64,000 nt of DNA from an uncultured Chloroflexia bacterium. Lineage in GTDB: Bacteria > Chloroflexota > Limnocylindria > Limnocylindrales > CSP1-4. The notes beneath the pieces were generated by a model. The model had not been told where the DNA came from, searched no databases, and saw nothing but the letters and a program-made list of their open reading frames with translations. Positions 20,430 to 31,650 of this stretch are shown in pieces (within the stretch, counting starts at the first letter, position 1; each line of letters opens with the position of its first letter). Location: positions 250,204 through 314,203 of the forward strand of contig CAVVNQ010000004.1 of the NCBI GenBank assembly GCA_963749705.1, written 5' to 3'. The translations under genes were made by a program, and so were the position numbers.

Positions 20430-20693
20430 CTACCGCACCTTCTCGACGATGATCTCGTCGAAGCCGTCGCGGGTGAACACGCCGATCAGGTTGTGGCCGG
20501 CCTTCTCGATCCACTTGGGGATGTCGGTCTTGCTTCCCTTGTCCGAGGACAGGACCGACAGGACGTCGCCGGTCTCGGCCTCGCGCATGCCCCGGATGAG
20601 CTCCATCAGGGGTCCGGGGCAGAAGCTGCCGCGGGCGTCGAGGGTGGTGGTGATGGCGGGAATGGTGGTGGGGGCGGTTGCGGTCTCAGTCAT
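20430..20693 (-). CDS. tusA: sulfur carrier protein, TusA family
   Basis: LDARGSFCPGP motif; SSDKGSKTDIPKW. Confidence 0.88.
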   Translation of the reverse strand: MTETATAPTTIPAITTTLDARGSFCPGPLMELIRGMREAETGDVLSVLSSDKGSKTDIPKWIEKAGHNLIGVFTRDGFDEIIVEKVR

Positions 20694-20773
20694 CGGAATG
20701 TCCCTTCCGGGGGATGCGGGCGATCGGAACCGGTACGGAGGGGGCCCGCACCGTTCGCCCGATCGGTTGGCGT

Positions 20774-21322
20774 CTAGATGAACAGCGGGGACGAGCCCTC
20801 GCCGACGTAGGACAGGTAGGTGGCGGCCCCGACGGGCTCGCCCATGCCCTCGATCAGGTCCTCGCGCTTGATGCCGAACATGTCCATCGTCATCTGGCAC
20901 GGGATGAACTCGACGCCCATCGACTGGGCGATCTCGAGCAGCTCCTTGGGGCTGGCCACGTTGTACTGCCTGGCCAGCTTGCGCATCATCCACGGGCCCA
21001 TGCCCAGGAAGTTCATCTTCGAGAGCTTGCGGTGGCTGATGCCCGGGCGCTGCATGAACGACATCATCTTCTGCATCCAGTTCTCGCCCGTGATGCGGAC
21101 GTCGTCCCGGACGAAGGTCTGGAGGCCCCAGAAGGTGACGAACACCTTGGTCGGCATCGCCATGGCGCCGGCTGTGGAGGCGAGGATCATGGCCGCCCAG
21201 GTCTTCTCGAGATCACCGCTGTAGCAGATGATCGCGAGGCCCTTGGGCTGGACCTCCGCCTCCGGCGCGGGTGCCGGCTCGGGCAGGGTGTCGGGGGTGA
21301 CGGGGAGGTCTGCGACAACCAT
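20774..21322 (-). CDS. DsrE/DsrF/DrsH-like sulfurtransferase (DsrE2 type)
   Basis: YSGDLEK, FVTFWGL, PCQMTMDMFGI with the conserved Cys. Confidence 0.88.
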   Translation of the reverse strand: MVVADLPVTPDTLPEPAPAPEAEVQPKGLAIICYSGDLEKTWAAMILASTAGAMAMPTKVFVTFWGLQTFVRDDVRITGENWMQKMMSFMQRPGISHRKLSKMNFLGMGPWMMRKLARQYNVASPKELLEIAQSMGVEFIPCQMTMDMFGIKREDLIEGMGEPVGAATYLSYVGEGSSPLFI

Positions 21323-21330
21323 CGTGTGGC

Positions 21331-21567
21331 CTACTTTCGGCGAAGGACGAAGCGGAACACGCCGCCGTCCGCGCTCTGCTCGACGATCTCGTTGCCGGTC
21401 GTCTTCGACCAGGCGGCGAAGTCCTTGACGGACCCCGGGTCGGTCGCGATGACCTCCAGGGTCTGACCGGATGCGAGGCCCTTCATGGCCTGCGCGGTCT
21501 TGACGATCGGCATCGGGCAGTTGAGCCCCTTCGCATCGACCGTCACATCTGCGGTGACCGTGCTCAT
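21331..21567 (-). CDS. tusA: sulfur carrier protein, TusA family
   Basis: VDAKGLNCPMP, ATDPGSVKDFAAW. Confidence 0.9.
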   Translation of the reverse strand: MSTVTADVTVDAKGLNCPMPIVKTAQAMKGLASGQTLEVIATDPGSVKDFAAWSKTTGNEIVEQSADGGVFRFVLRRK

Positions 21568-21607
21568 TCGTTGCTCCTTCCCGCGGCGAAGCTCGCCGCC
21601 ATGTGGG

Positions 21608-22021
21608 CTAGATGAAGACGACCTGGCCCTCGCCCGCGTTGAGGTAGAAGGCGGTCACGCCCTCCACGCCATCGACGAGCGGGTCGAGGTCCTCGGCCTC
21701 GAGGTGGAGGAGGTCCATCGACAGCGAGCAGGCCTGGATGTCGACCGAGCCGAGGTCCTTGGCCTGGCGGAGGGTCTCCGCCCAGCTGGCCTGGCCGGCC
21801 TTCGCCAGGGCATCGACGGCGGCCCGGCCACCGGGGCCGGCTTCCGGGGCGAGCCCGTGGTCGGCGTCGATCCTGGCCTTGCTGAACGCGTCGAGCGCCC
21901 AGTACTGGAGGAACACGTTGACCTGCTTGCCCAGCGCGGCTGCACCGGCGGTCAGCACGGCGGCGGCCTGGAGCTTGTCGTCGGTCCCGGAGAACAGGAC
22001 CAGGTTGAGGGGTTCGTCCAT
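21608..22021 (-). CDS. DsrE-family protein
   Basis: FSGTDDK, FLQYWAL, ACSLSMD. Confidence 0.82.
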   Translation of the reverse strand: MDEPLNLVLFSGTDDKLQAAAVLTAGAAALGKQVNVFLQYWALDAFSKARIDADHGLAPEAGPGGRAAVDALAKAGQASWAETLRQAKDLGSVDIQACSLSMDLLHLEAEDLDPLVDGVEGVTAFYLNAGEGQVVFI

Positions 22022-22040
22022 GATGTCGTGCCTCGCTCAG

Positions 22041-22385
22041 CTACTGGATCTCGACAAGGTCTGACGTGACCTGATCAACGCTGGACAGGCGTCCGAGGCG
22101 GGAAAGCCGGCGGGTGAGGACGCCGCGCATCACGCCACAGGCGACGATCACGTCGGGATCCGACAGCCGGTAGCGAACCTCGCGGCCGTCACGCTCGGCG
22201 TCCACCAGGCCACTGGCTCGCAGCACCGACAGATGCTGGGAGATGTTGGGCTGGCTGACCCCGAGCTCGTCGGCGAGCCGGCTGACCTCGCACGGGCCTT
22301 CCGAAAGGCGGTGGAGGATCTCCAGCCGCCGGGGGCTCGCGAGGGTCTTCAGGATGTCTGCCTGCAGCACCAAGATCTCGTCCAT
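22041..22385 (-). CDS. ArsR/SmtB-family repressor (BigR/SqrR-like)
   Basis: LKTLASPRRLEIL, VSQPNISQHLSVLR, RDGREVRYRL; Cys in GPCE and in helix 5 (VACG). Confidence 0.88.
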   Translation of the reverse strand: MDEILVLQADILKTLASPRRLEILHRLSEGPCEVSRLADELGVSQPNISQHLSVLRASGLVDAERDGREVRYRLSDPDVIVACGVMRGVLTRRLSRLGRLSSVDQVTSDLVEIQ

Positions 22386-22441
22386 GGCCCAAGCATCGCC
22401 ATATGCGCAGATGCGCATGAGTGCCGTGGGTCATGTGGTGG

Positions 22442-22477
22442 GGTGCCGCAGCCCCCGGTCGAGGGGCCGGTCGGCCC
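22442..22477. promoter_or_regulatory. tandem DosR/DevR-box-like sites
   Basis: GGTGC-CGCA-GCCCC (22442) and GGGCC-GGTC-GGCCC (22464), 22 bp apart, between divergent genes. Confidence 0.45.
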
Positions 22478-22699
22478 GGTTCGCGCCGTGCGGATCGGCC
22501 TCCGCTCGGTTCGACGCCGGGCCGGGCGTTCGGCAACGGGCCATCGGCCATCGTCGACGCCAACCGATGCCACTCGCCGGTGACGGGCGGCACATCCATG
22601 CTGAGGATGGATCGGACGCCCGGAGACACCGGCTCCGACGCAATCGCCCGGGACACGAGGCGCGACGGTCGCCCCCTGGCCCGGTGATCGGAGGCGTCG

Positions 22700-23158
22700 A
22701 TGCACGCGCAGACCGCCGAGGCCGCGACAACCCTCGTGTGGATCGACAGCGAGGAGGCGATCATCGTCCGCTGGGCCGACCGCGCGGCCGTCGAACGGAT
22801 CCGCTCCGACGTACCCGGCCGGCATCGGTCGACCCCGCACGTGCGGGTCGATCCGACGACGCGTCACGGCGGCGGTGGCGCGACCGCGGATGCCGCCGAG
22901 CGGGCGCGGCGCAGCCACCTGCGGGCGTACCTGGATGACGTCGCCCGCCATGTCCCGGACACCGACGACGTGACGGTCGTCGGCCCCGGGATCGTGCGTG
23001 AACGGCTGGAGCGCAACCTGCGCGCCGAGGACCGGCTTCACGGGCGTCGGCGGCACGTGCGCTCCTCGGCGGCGGAGCGGCTGACCGAGCAGGAGCTCGT
23101 CGCCCGCGTGCGTGCCCTGGCGGGCGACGCACCGCGCCGCCAGGGGTTGGCGGGGTAG
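22700..23158 (+). CDS. stand-alone eRF1/pelota domain-2-like protein (baeRF/host-attachment-like)
   Basis: VWIDSEEAIIV, His/Gly loop RHGGGG, YLDDVARHV...VVGPG, RLTEQELVARVR; GGAGG RBS. Confidence 0.65.
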   Translation: MHAQTAEAATTLVWIDSEEAIIVRWADRAAVERIRSDVPGRHRSTPHVRVDPTTRHGGGGATADAAERARRSHLRAYLDDVARHVPDTDDVTVVGPGIVRERLERNLRAEDRLHGRRRHVRSSAAERLTEQELVARVRALAGDAPRRQGLAG

Positions 23159-23287
23159 CCCCGGGACGGCGCGTGGTCGCACGACCGACAGGCAGGGATG
23201 GTCGGGCGCTCCGGCCCGCCGCGGGCAGTACTTCGGCCCTGCCGAAGCCCGCCGGACGGGGGCATCCTCGAGGTCGGAGGTGCCTGC

Positions 23288-23572
23288 ATGGCCATGTCCA
23301 CCCCGCTCGTCGATGCCCCACTTCGGCAGCTCGATCGCGGTGTCCCGGCGTTCCAGCCGGTCGTTGTCTCAACCGAGCGGTGCAAGGGCTGCGGCCTGTG
23401 CGTCGCCGCGTGCCAGCCCCACGTTCTCGAGCTCGATGTCGGCGTCGTCAACGCGATGGGCCACCATCCCGTCCGGCTGACCGACGCCGCGGGATGCACC
23501 AGCTGCGCCAAGTGCGCGCGGGTGTGTCCTGACGCGGCGCTCACGATCTTCGCCCGACCCAGGGGGGCGTGA
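23288..23572 (+). CDS. 2x[4Fe-4S] ferredoxin, delta subunit of 2-oxoacid:ferredoxin oxidoreductase
   Basis: CKGCGLCVAAC and CTSCAKCARVCP; GGAGGT RBS. Confidence 0.9.
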   Translation: MAMSTPLVDAPLRQLDRGVPAFQPVVVSTERCKGCGLCVAACQPHVLELDVGVVNAMGHHPVRLTDAAGCTSCAKCARVCPDAALTIFARPRGA

Positions 23573-24728
23573 CGATGACCGCACACACGAAGGTCGCACC
23601 CAGGGCCGGCAAGCGCCCGCTCGTCGCACCCGGGGCCGGATCCGACCGGCCCGCGGAGGAGCGGGTCCTGATGAAGGGCAACGAGGCGATCGCCGAGGCC
23701 GCGATCGCCGCCGGCTGCGACGCCTACTTCGGCTACCCGATCACGCCCCAGGCCGAGCTGCTCGAATGGATGGCGCGCCGGATGCCCGAGGAGGGCCGGG
23801 TGTTCGTCCAGGCCGAGAGCGAGCTGGCCGCGATCAACATGGCGCTGGGTGCATCGGCCGCGGGCGCCCGCGTGCTGGTATCGAGCTCCAGCCCCGGGAT
23901 CAGCCTCATGGCCGAGGCGATGTCGTACATGGCGGGCTCGCGCCTGCCGGTGGTGCTGGTCAACGTCATGCGCGGCGGACCGGGGCTCGGCAGCATCGGT
24001 GCCGCCCAGGGCGACTACCTCCAGGCGACCAAGGGCCACGGCCACGGCGACTACCGGACCCCGGTGCTGGCGCCGTCGTCGATCGCGGAGGCGATCGAGC
24101 TCGTCGGCGACGCGTTCACGCTGGCCGAGCGGTACCGCACCCCGGTCATCCTGCTCGCGGACGGCATCCTGGGCCAGGCCATGGAGCCCGTCGCGCCGCG
24201 GTTCCGGTCGATCGAGCGCACGCCGGCCGACTGGACGCTCGGCGGCGCCGAGGACCGCGCGCCGCGGGTGGTCAGGTCGCTCCACCTGCTGCCCGAGGAT
24301 CTCGAGCGGCACAACGACACGCTCCAGGCCGTGTACGCGGACATCACCGAGCACGAGCGGCGATGGGCCGGCGAGGCGCTCGAGGATGCCGAGGTCGTGC
24401 TCGTCGCCTATGGGACGGCGGCGCGCATCGCGCGCACGGCCGTCGAGCGCGCCCGGGACGACGGGCTGCGGGCCGGGCTGTTCCGTCCGATCACGCTGTG
24501 GCCGTTCCCGGCGCCCGAGCTCCGCAGCGCGGCTGCCGGTGCCCGGGCGGTGCTGGCCGTCGAGCTGTCCGCCGGGCAGCTGGTCGAGGACGTCCGGCTG
24601 GCGATCGAAGGTGCCGTGCCCGTGTTCCACCACGGCCGGACGGGCGGCATGGTGCCCAGTCCCGACGAGGTGCTGGCGGCAACACGCCGCGCCTGGTCGG
24701 TGACCCCGATGACGAAGGAAGGTGTGCG

Positions 24729-24732
<4 letters not shown>
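23569..24732 (+). CDS. vorB: 2-oxoacid:ferredoxin oxidoreductase alpha subunit (VorB type)
   Basis: MKGNEAIAEAA, GYPITPQ, QAESELAA, SSSPG, MRGGPGLG, RPITLWPFP. Confidence 0.9.
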
Positions 24733-25603
<871 letters not shown>

Positions 25604-25607
<4 letters not shown>

Positions 25608-26161
25608 CGATGGAACGCTCCACGCTGTTCGCCGGGTTCGGCGGTCAGGGGATCCTGTTCGCCGGCAAGGTGCTCGCCCAGGCGGCCGTGCTCGAGGGAC
25701 GCGAGGTCATCTGGATCCCCAGCTACGGCCCCGAGATGCGCGGCGGGACCGCGTCGTGCACGGTCATCGTCGCCGATCGGCCGATCGGGTCTCCCGTCGT
25801 GGATCGTGCCGACCACGCCGTGGTCCTCAATCCCCCGTCGATGGCCAAGTACGAGCCGCTGGTCGCCCGTGGCGGGCTGCTGGTCGTCAACACCACGCTG
25901 ATCGAGGCGGAGCCGCGGCGCACGGACATCGAGGCGCTGCAGGTTCCGTGCACCTCGCTCGCCCGTCGCGCCGGCGACGACAAGCTGGTGTCGGTCGTCG
26001 CGCTGGGTGCCCTCATCGGCCGGCGCCCGTTCGTCGAGCGCGAGAGCGTCCACGAGGCGCTCAGCGTGCTGCTCGGGTCGCGCCGCGCGGAGATGGTGGA
26101 GCTCGACGTCGCCGCGTTCGATGCCGGCTACGAGGCGGGTCTGGAGTCGGTCATCGCCTGA
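25604..26161 (+). CDS. 2-oxoacid:ferredoxin oxidoreductase gamma subunit
   Basis: AGFGGQG, PSYGPEMRGG. Confidence 0.9.
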
Positions 26162-26312
26162 TCCCGCGCCGCCGCGGGAGGGCACCGGCCGGCCCGACCG
26201 CACGACCGGTCGGGCGCGGGGACCCACCCGGTCGTGACGATCAGCCCTCGGGCCCGGGCGTCCGGCACTGGATGCTGGTGACAGGTCCGCGACGGCGGAC
26301 CGGGAGCTGACG

Positions 26313-29084
26313 TTGACCGTACCCGCTCACGCGCGCCTGCCACCTTCCGCTTCCGCCACGGCGGATCCGGGATCCGGTCCCGTGCCGGCGGCGGCAATCG
26401 AGGGGCCGTGGCGTCTGCCGGCCGAAACGGTCGCCACCCGCCTGGGCACGGATCCCGGACGCGGGCTCGACCCCGCGGAAGCCGGAAGCCGCCTGGTCCG
26501 TTTCGGCCGCAACGAGCTGCTGGACCGCAGACACACGTCCGTCTGGCAGGTCCTGGCGCGGCAGGTGACGAGCCCGATGATCCTGGTGCTGATCGGAGCG
26601 GCCGCGATCGTCGCGTTCATCGGCGACCTCAAGGACACGGCCGTCATCCTGGCGATCGTCGTGCTCAACGCCCTGATCGGATTTACCCAGGAGTATCGCG
26701 CCGAGCGGGCGATGGCGGCGCTGCGGCGGCTCACCTCCCCTGTCGCCACCGTGATCCGGGGCGGCATGTCGCTCAGCGTTCCGGCCCCGGAGCTCGTCCC
26801 CGGGGACCTGGTCTCGATCGCGGTGGGCGACTTCGTGGCGGCCGACCTCCGACTGGTTTCCGCCAAGGCGCTGCGCATCGACGAATCGACGCTGACCGGC
26901 GAATCGGAGCCGGCCGACAAGTCGACGGATCCCCTGCCCGATGTCACGGCGGCGCTGCTCGGCGACCAGGTCAACATGGCGTTCAGCGGCACGGCCGTCA
27001 CCTTCGGGCGCGGCACCGGGATCGTGGTCGGCAGCGGGATGGCGACGGCGATCGGCCGTGTGGCGGATCTGCTGCAGGGGCAGGCGGACCAGCAGACCCC
27101 GCTCCAGCACCGCCTCGCCCGCCTGGGGGCACAGCTGGCCGGGATCGCGGTCGCCGTGTGTGCGGTGGTGTTCGCGATGGGCATGGCGCGGGGCGAAGCC
27201 GTCGAGACCATGTTCCTCACCGCTGTCAGCCTCGCGGTCGCCGCGATCCCCGAGGGCCTGCCGGCCGTGATCACCATCGCGCTCGCCCTCGGCGCCCGGC
27301 GGATGGCCGCACGACGGGCGCTCGTCCGCCGGCTGCCGGCGGTGGAGACACTGGGGTCCGTCAGCGTGGTCTGCTCGGACAAGACGGGCACGCTCACCGA
27401 GAATCGGATGCTCGTCGAGCGGGTCTGGACCCCGGCCGCGGAGTACCGGACGACGGGGGACGGCTACGGCCCCGGCGGCACCATCGAACCGGCGCCCGAC
27501 GGTGACGAGCGGTTCGACGCCCTGCTGCGGGTCGCGGGCATCTGCAATGACGCTGCACTTGTGCCGCCGGTCGATCCTGGTGGCGCGTGGTCGATCACGG
27601 GCGACCCGACCGAGGCCGCCCTGCTGGCGCTGGTCGCCCGGCACGGGACAGATCGCGATGCGCTCTGCGAACGCCACCCGCGAAGCGAGGAGCTGACCTT
27701 TGACGCGAGCCGCCGCCGGATGATGACCCTCCACGCGGATGGTGATGGAATCCTCGTTGCGCTCAAGGGTGCGCCCGAGGCCGTGATCCCGCTGCTGGCG
27801 CCCCAGGAGGCAGGCCACGCGGCGGAGGCCCTCGAGGTTGCCGCGCGCCTCGCTGCCGACGGGTACCGCGTGCTTGCCCTCGCCGATCGACGGCTGGCGG
27901 CGATCCCGGCACCGATCGCGGCAGCCGAGCATGACCTCAGGCTGGTCGGCCTGGTGGCCATGCAGGATCCTCCGCGACGCCAGGTCGCGGCTGCGATCAG
28001 CGCCTCCCGCGCTGCCGGGATCACTCCCGTGATGATCACCGGGGACCATCCCCTCACCGCGGGCGCGATCGCCGCGCGGATCGGCATCCTGGGCGACGGC
28101 CGCATTGCCGTGACCGGAGCCGACCTCGAGGCGATGAGCGCGGACGAGCTCGCGCAGTCGATCGACCGGATCGGCGTGTACGCCCGGACCAACCCGGAGC
28201 AGAAGCTCGACATCATCGCGGCCTGGCGCCGCCGCGGCGCGGTCGTCGCGATGACCGGCGATGGCGTGAACGACGCCCCGGCGCTGCAGCTCGCCGACAT
28301 CGGCGTCGCAATGGGGATCACCGGGACCGAGGTCAGCAAGGAAGCGTCGGACATGGTCCTCGCGGACGACGACTTTGCGACCATCGTGGCGGCGGTCGAG
28401 GAGGGCCGGCGGATCTACGACAACATCCGTCGCTTCCTGCGCTACATGCTGACCACGAACTCGGCGGAGATCTGGGTCATGGCAATGGCGCCGGTGCTCG
28501 GGCTGCCGATCCCGCTGCTCGCGGTCCAGATCCTGTGGATCAATCTCGTCACCGACGGTCTGCCCGCGCTCGCCCTGGGCGTCGAGCCGGTGCATGCCGG
28601 GACGATGTCGCGACCACCACGGCGACGCGACGAGTCGATCCTCGGTGGCGGTCTGTGGCAGCAGGCGCTGTGGGTCGGCGCCCTGATGGCGGCGGCGACG
28701 CTCGTCCTGCAGAGGGTCGCGATCGAGGCGGGCTGGGCGTGGCAGACGATGGTGTTCACGACGCTCGCGCTCCTCCAGCTGGGCAACGCGGTCGCGGTCC
28801 GCTCGACGACGGCCAGCACGCTCAGCCTCGGGATGCGCTCGAACCTCCCGCTCGCCGGAGCCGTCCTGGGCGGCGCGCTGCTCCAGCTGGCACTGGTCTA
28901 CGTCACACCGCTCCACGCACTGTTCGAGACTCAGACGCTTGGCCCGCTGGAGCTCGCCGTCGTCCTCGGGGTGTCGACGGTCGGCTTCGTCGCGGTGGAG
29001 CTCGAGAAGCTCGCCCGCCGCCACGGCTGGCTCGCCCGGCGCAGCGAGCGCGCCCAGTGCCGGCCGGGCAGGACGCCCGCGTGA
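26313..29084 (+). CDS. P2A-type cation-translocating P-type ATPase (CtpF-like)
   Basis: [43 protein letters not shown]; start approximate. Confidence 0.93.
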   Translation: MTVPAHARLPPSASATADPGSGPVPAAAIEGPWRLPAETVATRLGTDPGRGLDPAEAGSRLVRFGRNELLDRRHTSVWQVLARQVTSPMILVLIGAAAIVAFIGDLKDTAVILAIVVLNALIGFTQEYRAERAMAALRRLTSPVATVIRGGMSLSVPAPELVPGDLVSIAVGDFVAADLRLVSAKALRIDESTLTGESEPADKSTDPLPDVTAALLGDQVNMAFSGTAVTFGRGTGIVVGSGMATAIGRVADLLQGQADQQTPLQHRLARLGAQLAGIAVAVCAVVFAMGMARGEAVETMFLTAVSLAVAAIPEGLPAVITIALALGARRMAARRALVRRLPAVETLGSVSVVCSDKTGTLTENRMLVERVWTPAAEYRTTGDGYGPGGTIEPAPDGDERFDALLRVAGICNDAALVPPVDPGGAWSITGDPTEAALLALVARHGTDRDALCERHPRSEELTFDASRRRMMTLHADGDGILVALKGAPEAVIPLLAPQEAGHAAEALEVAARLAADGYRVLALADRRLAAIPAPIAAAEHDLRLVGLVAMQDPPRRQVAAAISASRAAGITPVMITGDHPLTAGAIAARIGILGDGRIAVTGADLEAMSADELAQSIDRIGVYARTNPEQKLDIIAAWRRRGAVVAMTGDGVNDAPALQLADIGVAMGITGTEVSKEASDMVLADDDFATIVAAVEEGRRIYDNIRRFLRYMLTTNSAEIWVMAMAPVLGLPIPLLAVQILWINLVTDGLPALALGVEPVHAGTMSRPPRRRDESILGGGLWQQALWVGALMAAATLVLQRVAIEAGWAWQTMVFTTLALLQLGNAVAVRSTTASTLSLGMRSNLPLAGAVLGGALLQLALVYVTPLHALFETQTLGPLELAVVLGVSTVGFVAVELEKLARRHGWLARRSERAQCRPGRTPA

Positions 29085-29116
29085 GCCACGCCGCCGAGCG
29101 TCCGCGCTGGCTGCGC

Positions 29117-29197
29117 GCCGGATGGCGCGACCTACGCCGCCGGATGGCGCGACCTACGCCGCCGAACGCCCGAGTGAGCTACGCGCCGGATGGCGCG
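29117..29197. repeat. 22-bp tandem repeat copying the 3' end of the CBS gene
   Basis: GCCGGATGGCGCGACCTACGCC at 29117 and 29139; partial copy at 29185-29197 inside the CBS gene end. Confidence 0.8.
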
Positions 29198-29664
29198 GGA
29201 CCGACCTCGGGCGCACCGGGCGCGGCCGGCGGAACCTCGGCGTCGTAGACCGCGGACATCGCGCGGACCAGGTCCGTCGTCGAGATCACGCCGATCGGCA
29301 GGCCGTCGTCCCCCGGGGCGACGACGACCAGGCGATGGACGTGGTGCCGCTCCATCTTGCGGGCGGCCAGCACCAACGGGGCATCGCCGTGCACGGTCAG
29401 GGCGGGGCTCGTCATCAGGTGCCGGACCCGCAGGTCGGACCAGTTCGCCCACAGGTACTCGGTGGCGCGGGCGCGCAGCAGGTCGGTCTGGCTGATCACC
29501 CCGACCAATGTGCTCGCGCCGTCGACGACCGGGAGACCGTGCACATGGCGGCTGTCCATGAGCCGGGCCGCCTCGGCCAGCGGCGCGTCGGCACGCACCA
29601 GGACCGGGTCGATCGCCATCAGGTCGCCGACCTGGCGCGGCGCATTGGGTGTCACGGCGTTCAC
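29179..29664 (-). CDS. tandem CBS-domain protein (Hrp1/Rv2626c-like)
   Basis: Two CBS repeats (VGDLM...LPVVD...GVISQTD; VRHLMT...RLVVV...GVISTTD); GGAGG RBS. Confidence 0.88.
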   Translation of the reverse strand: MNAVTPNAPRQVGDLMAIDPVLVRADAPLAEAARLMDSRHVHGLPVVDGASTLVGVISQTDLLRARATEYLWANWSDLRVRHLMTSPALTVHGDAPLVLAARKMERHHVHRLVVVAPGDDGLPIGVISTTDLVRAMSAVYDAEVPPAAPGAPEVGPAPSGA

Positions 29665-29779
29665 GCTCGCACCTCCGCGGGCGGCTGCCCGCACCCGGCG
29701 GCCCGGCGCATGGCGACGGGACGCCTCGTTTGGGCCGTTTCGGCCACGTGGATCACGGTCATCTCCCCTCCCGTCCGCG

Positions 29780-30298
29780 CTACCCGGATGCGGTCGGCTT
29801 GCCGGGCACCCGTGTCAGCCGGCTCAGCTCCGCGGCGATGGCCGCCTGGAACGCGGGCATGTTGAGACGCACCGAGCGCGACAGCGGCCGGCCATAGCCG
29901 AACCGTCGCCCGCCGATCCCGACGAACGAACCCTCGGGCAAGCCACCCGGCCGGAGGGTCTGCGCGAGACCCAGGACCTGGTCGACCGGCAGCTCGTGCG
30001 ACGATCGCGGCGTTGGCGCGTCGGCGTCGCCGACGATCTGGTGGATGGGCAGGGTCACCACGTGGCCGGGGGCGATCCCGACCGCCGCGTCCACGACGAT
30101 CGCGAGCTCGCCGGCCCGGACGTCGATCAGGTCCTCGACCCGCAGGTGGCCGCAGCGGCGCACCTCCAGGCGCTCGAGCATGGCCGTCGGCAGCGATGGC
30201 AGCAGTGTGGCGATCGCGCTCAGGGCCGCACCGTCGTCACCGCGGTCCGCGTTGCCGCACACGAGCAGTCGAACGGTCGGCGGAGCGAGCTGGGTCAT
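29780..30298 (-). CDS. hydrogenase maturation endopeptidase
   Basis: CGNADRGDDG, IVVDA, SSHE; follows the hydrogenase large subunit. Confidence 0.88.
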   Translation of the reverse strand: MTQLAPPTVRLLVCGNADRGDDGAALSAIATLLPSLPTAMLERLEVRRCGHLRVEDLIDVRAGELAIVVDAAVGIAPGHVVTLPIHQIVGDADAPTPRSSHELPVDQVLGLAQTLRPGGLPEGSFVGIGGRRFGYGRPLSRSVRLNMPAFQAAIAAELSRLTRVPGKPTASG

Positions 30299-31650
30299 TC
30301 GAACCCCTCCCCTGCCCCCGCGTCCGCGATCCGGAGATCGAGGAAGTGGGTGGCGCAGCTGATGCACGGGTCGTAGGCCCGGATCAGCATCTCGAGGCGA
30401 TGGGTCGCCTCCGCATGCGGGAGATCGAGGATGCTCGGGGCGAATGCCGCGAGGTCGGCCTCGATGGCCCCCTGGTTCTGGCTGGTCGGCGGGACGATCT
30501 GGGCGTGCACGACGTGCCCCCGCTCGTCCACCTCGTACCGGTGATGGAGCAGGCCTCGCGGTGCCTCCGTTGACCACGCCGCCACGCCGGCACGGGGCGT
30601 GAACTCGACCTTCGGCCGGCTGGGCGGGCGGTACCCGTCGATCAGGTCGCGGGCCTCGGCGCAGGCGTGGAGCAGCTCGACGGCGCGGGCGACGATCGAG
30701 CGGTGGATGTTGACCCGGATCTCGTCGCGCAACCCGGTCGCCTCGAGGGCCTCGCGGGCCATCGGGTGCAGCGTGTCCGCGGTGAGCGCGATCCGCGCCG
30801 TGGGACCGAGCAGGTACACCCGTCCGTCGCGGGTGCGCGCATGGAGCGCGTTGGTGCCCTCGATGTGGTGCTCCTCGAAGGCCTCGCCCCAGGCGCCGGG
30901 CGCGAGGTCGAGCCCGTCCGTGGACACGATCCGCCCGTCGTTGTAGGGATACTCCGTCGTGTGCCGCATGGCCACCAGCGGCTGCTCGTGGACCAGCGCC
31001 GGGGGGTCCCAGGTCGCGACCAGGCGAACGGTCGCCGCCGCCTGGTCGACCGCGGCGTCGAGCGCCTGCCGCACGGTGTCGAGGTCCGCCCGCCGGGGCA
31101 CCCGCGAGAACCCGCCGACACGCACCGAGATCGGGTGGACGGGCCGGCCGCCAAGCGCGGCGATCAGCTGGTTGCCGACCCGCTTGATCGCCAGCCCCTG
31201 CTCGACGACCTCGCGGTGGTCGGCGGCCATCGCGAGCGCGGACGGATAGCCCAGGAAGTCCGGCGCGTGGAGCAGGTAGATGTGGAGCGCGTGGCTCTGG
31301 ATCCACTCCCCGCAGTACAGGACCCGGCGGAGGGCTCGAACGGCCGGGTCGATCTCGATCCCGTACAGGTCCTCGAACCCGTGGACCGCGGACATCTGGT
31401 ACGCGATGGGGCAGATCCCGCAGATCCGGGCCACGATGTCGATGACCTCGTCGCCGGTGCGGCCCACGACCAGCCGCTCGAAGTACCGCGGCGCCTCGAA
31501 GATCTTCAGTCGCGCCTCGACGACGTCCGTCCCGCGGACCTTGAGGCTGAGGGTGCCCTCGCCCTCGACCCGGGTCAGGTAGCCGACCTTGAACTCGCGC
31601 TCGCCGCCCGGGGCGTCGACGACGAGCGTGCCGCCGTCATCGCCGTGCAT
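30295..31650 (-). CDS. hydA: group 3b [NiFe]-hydrogenase large (alpha) subunit
   Basis: TRVEGEG, L1 ARICGIC, EAPRG, VPPT, L2 YDPCISCATH followed by a cleavable tail. Confidence 0.93.
   Translation of the reverse strand: MHGDDGGTLVVDAPGGEREFKVGYLTRVEGEGTLSLKVRGTDVVEARLKIFEAPRYFERLVVGRTGDEVIDIVARICGICPIAYQMSAVHGFEDLYGIEIDPAVRALRRVLYCGEWIQSHALHIYLLHAPDFLGYPSALAMAADHREVVEQGLAIKRVGNQLIAALGGRPVHPISVRVGGFSRVPRRADLDTVRQALDAAVDQAAATVRLVATWDPPALVHEQPLVAMRHTTEYPYNDGRIVSTDGLDLAPGAWGEAFEEHHIEGTNALHARTRDGRVYLLGPTARIALTADTLHPMAREALEATGLRDEIRVNIHRSIVARAVELLHACAEARDLIDGYRPPSRPKVEFTPRAGVAAWSTEAPRGLLHHRYEVDERGHVVHAQIVPPTSQNQGAIEADLAAFAPSILDLPHAEATHRLEMLIRAYDPCISCATHFLDLRIADAGAGEGFE

Noticed and set aside
26241-29024. 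927-aa antisense ORF and similar long antisense ORFs (1026-2555, 14513-16459, 32596-34653, 50540-52357)
   Set aside because: Mirror frames of real genes, expected in high-GC DNA; no recognisable motifs.
29117-29197. Possible CRISPR or mini-array
   Set aside because: Adjacent tandem copies without unique spacers and no cas genes; the same holds for the repeats at 16430, 39079 and 42776.
29732-29746. Dos box upstream of the CBS gene (GGGCC-GTTTC-GGCCA)
   Set aside because: The spacer is 5 rather than 4 nt and there is no 22-bp partner.
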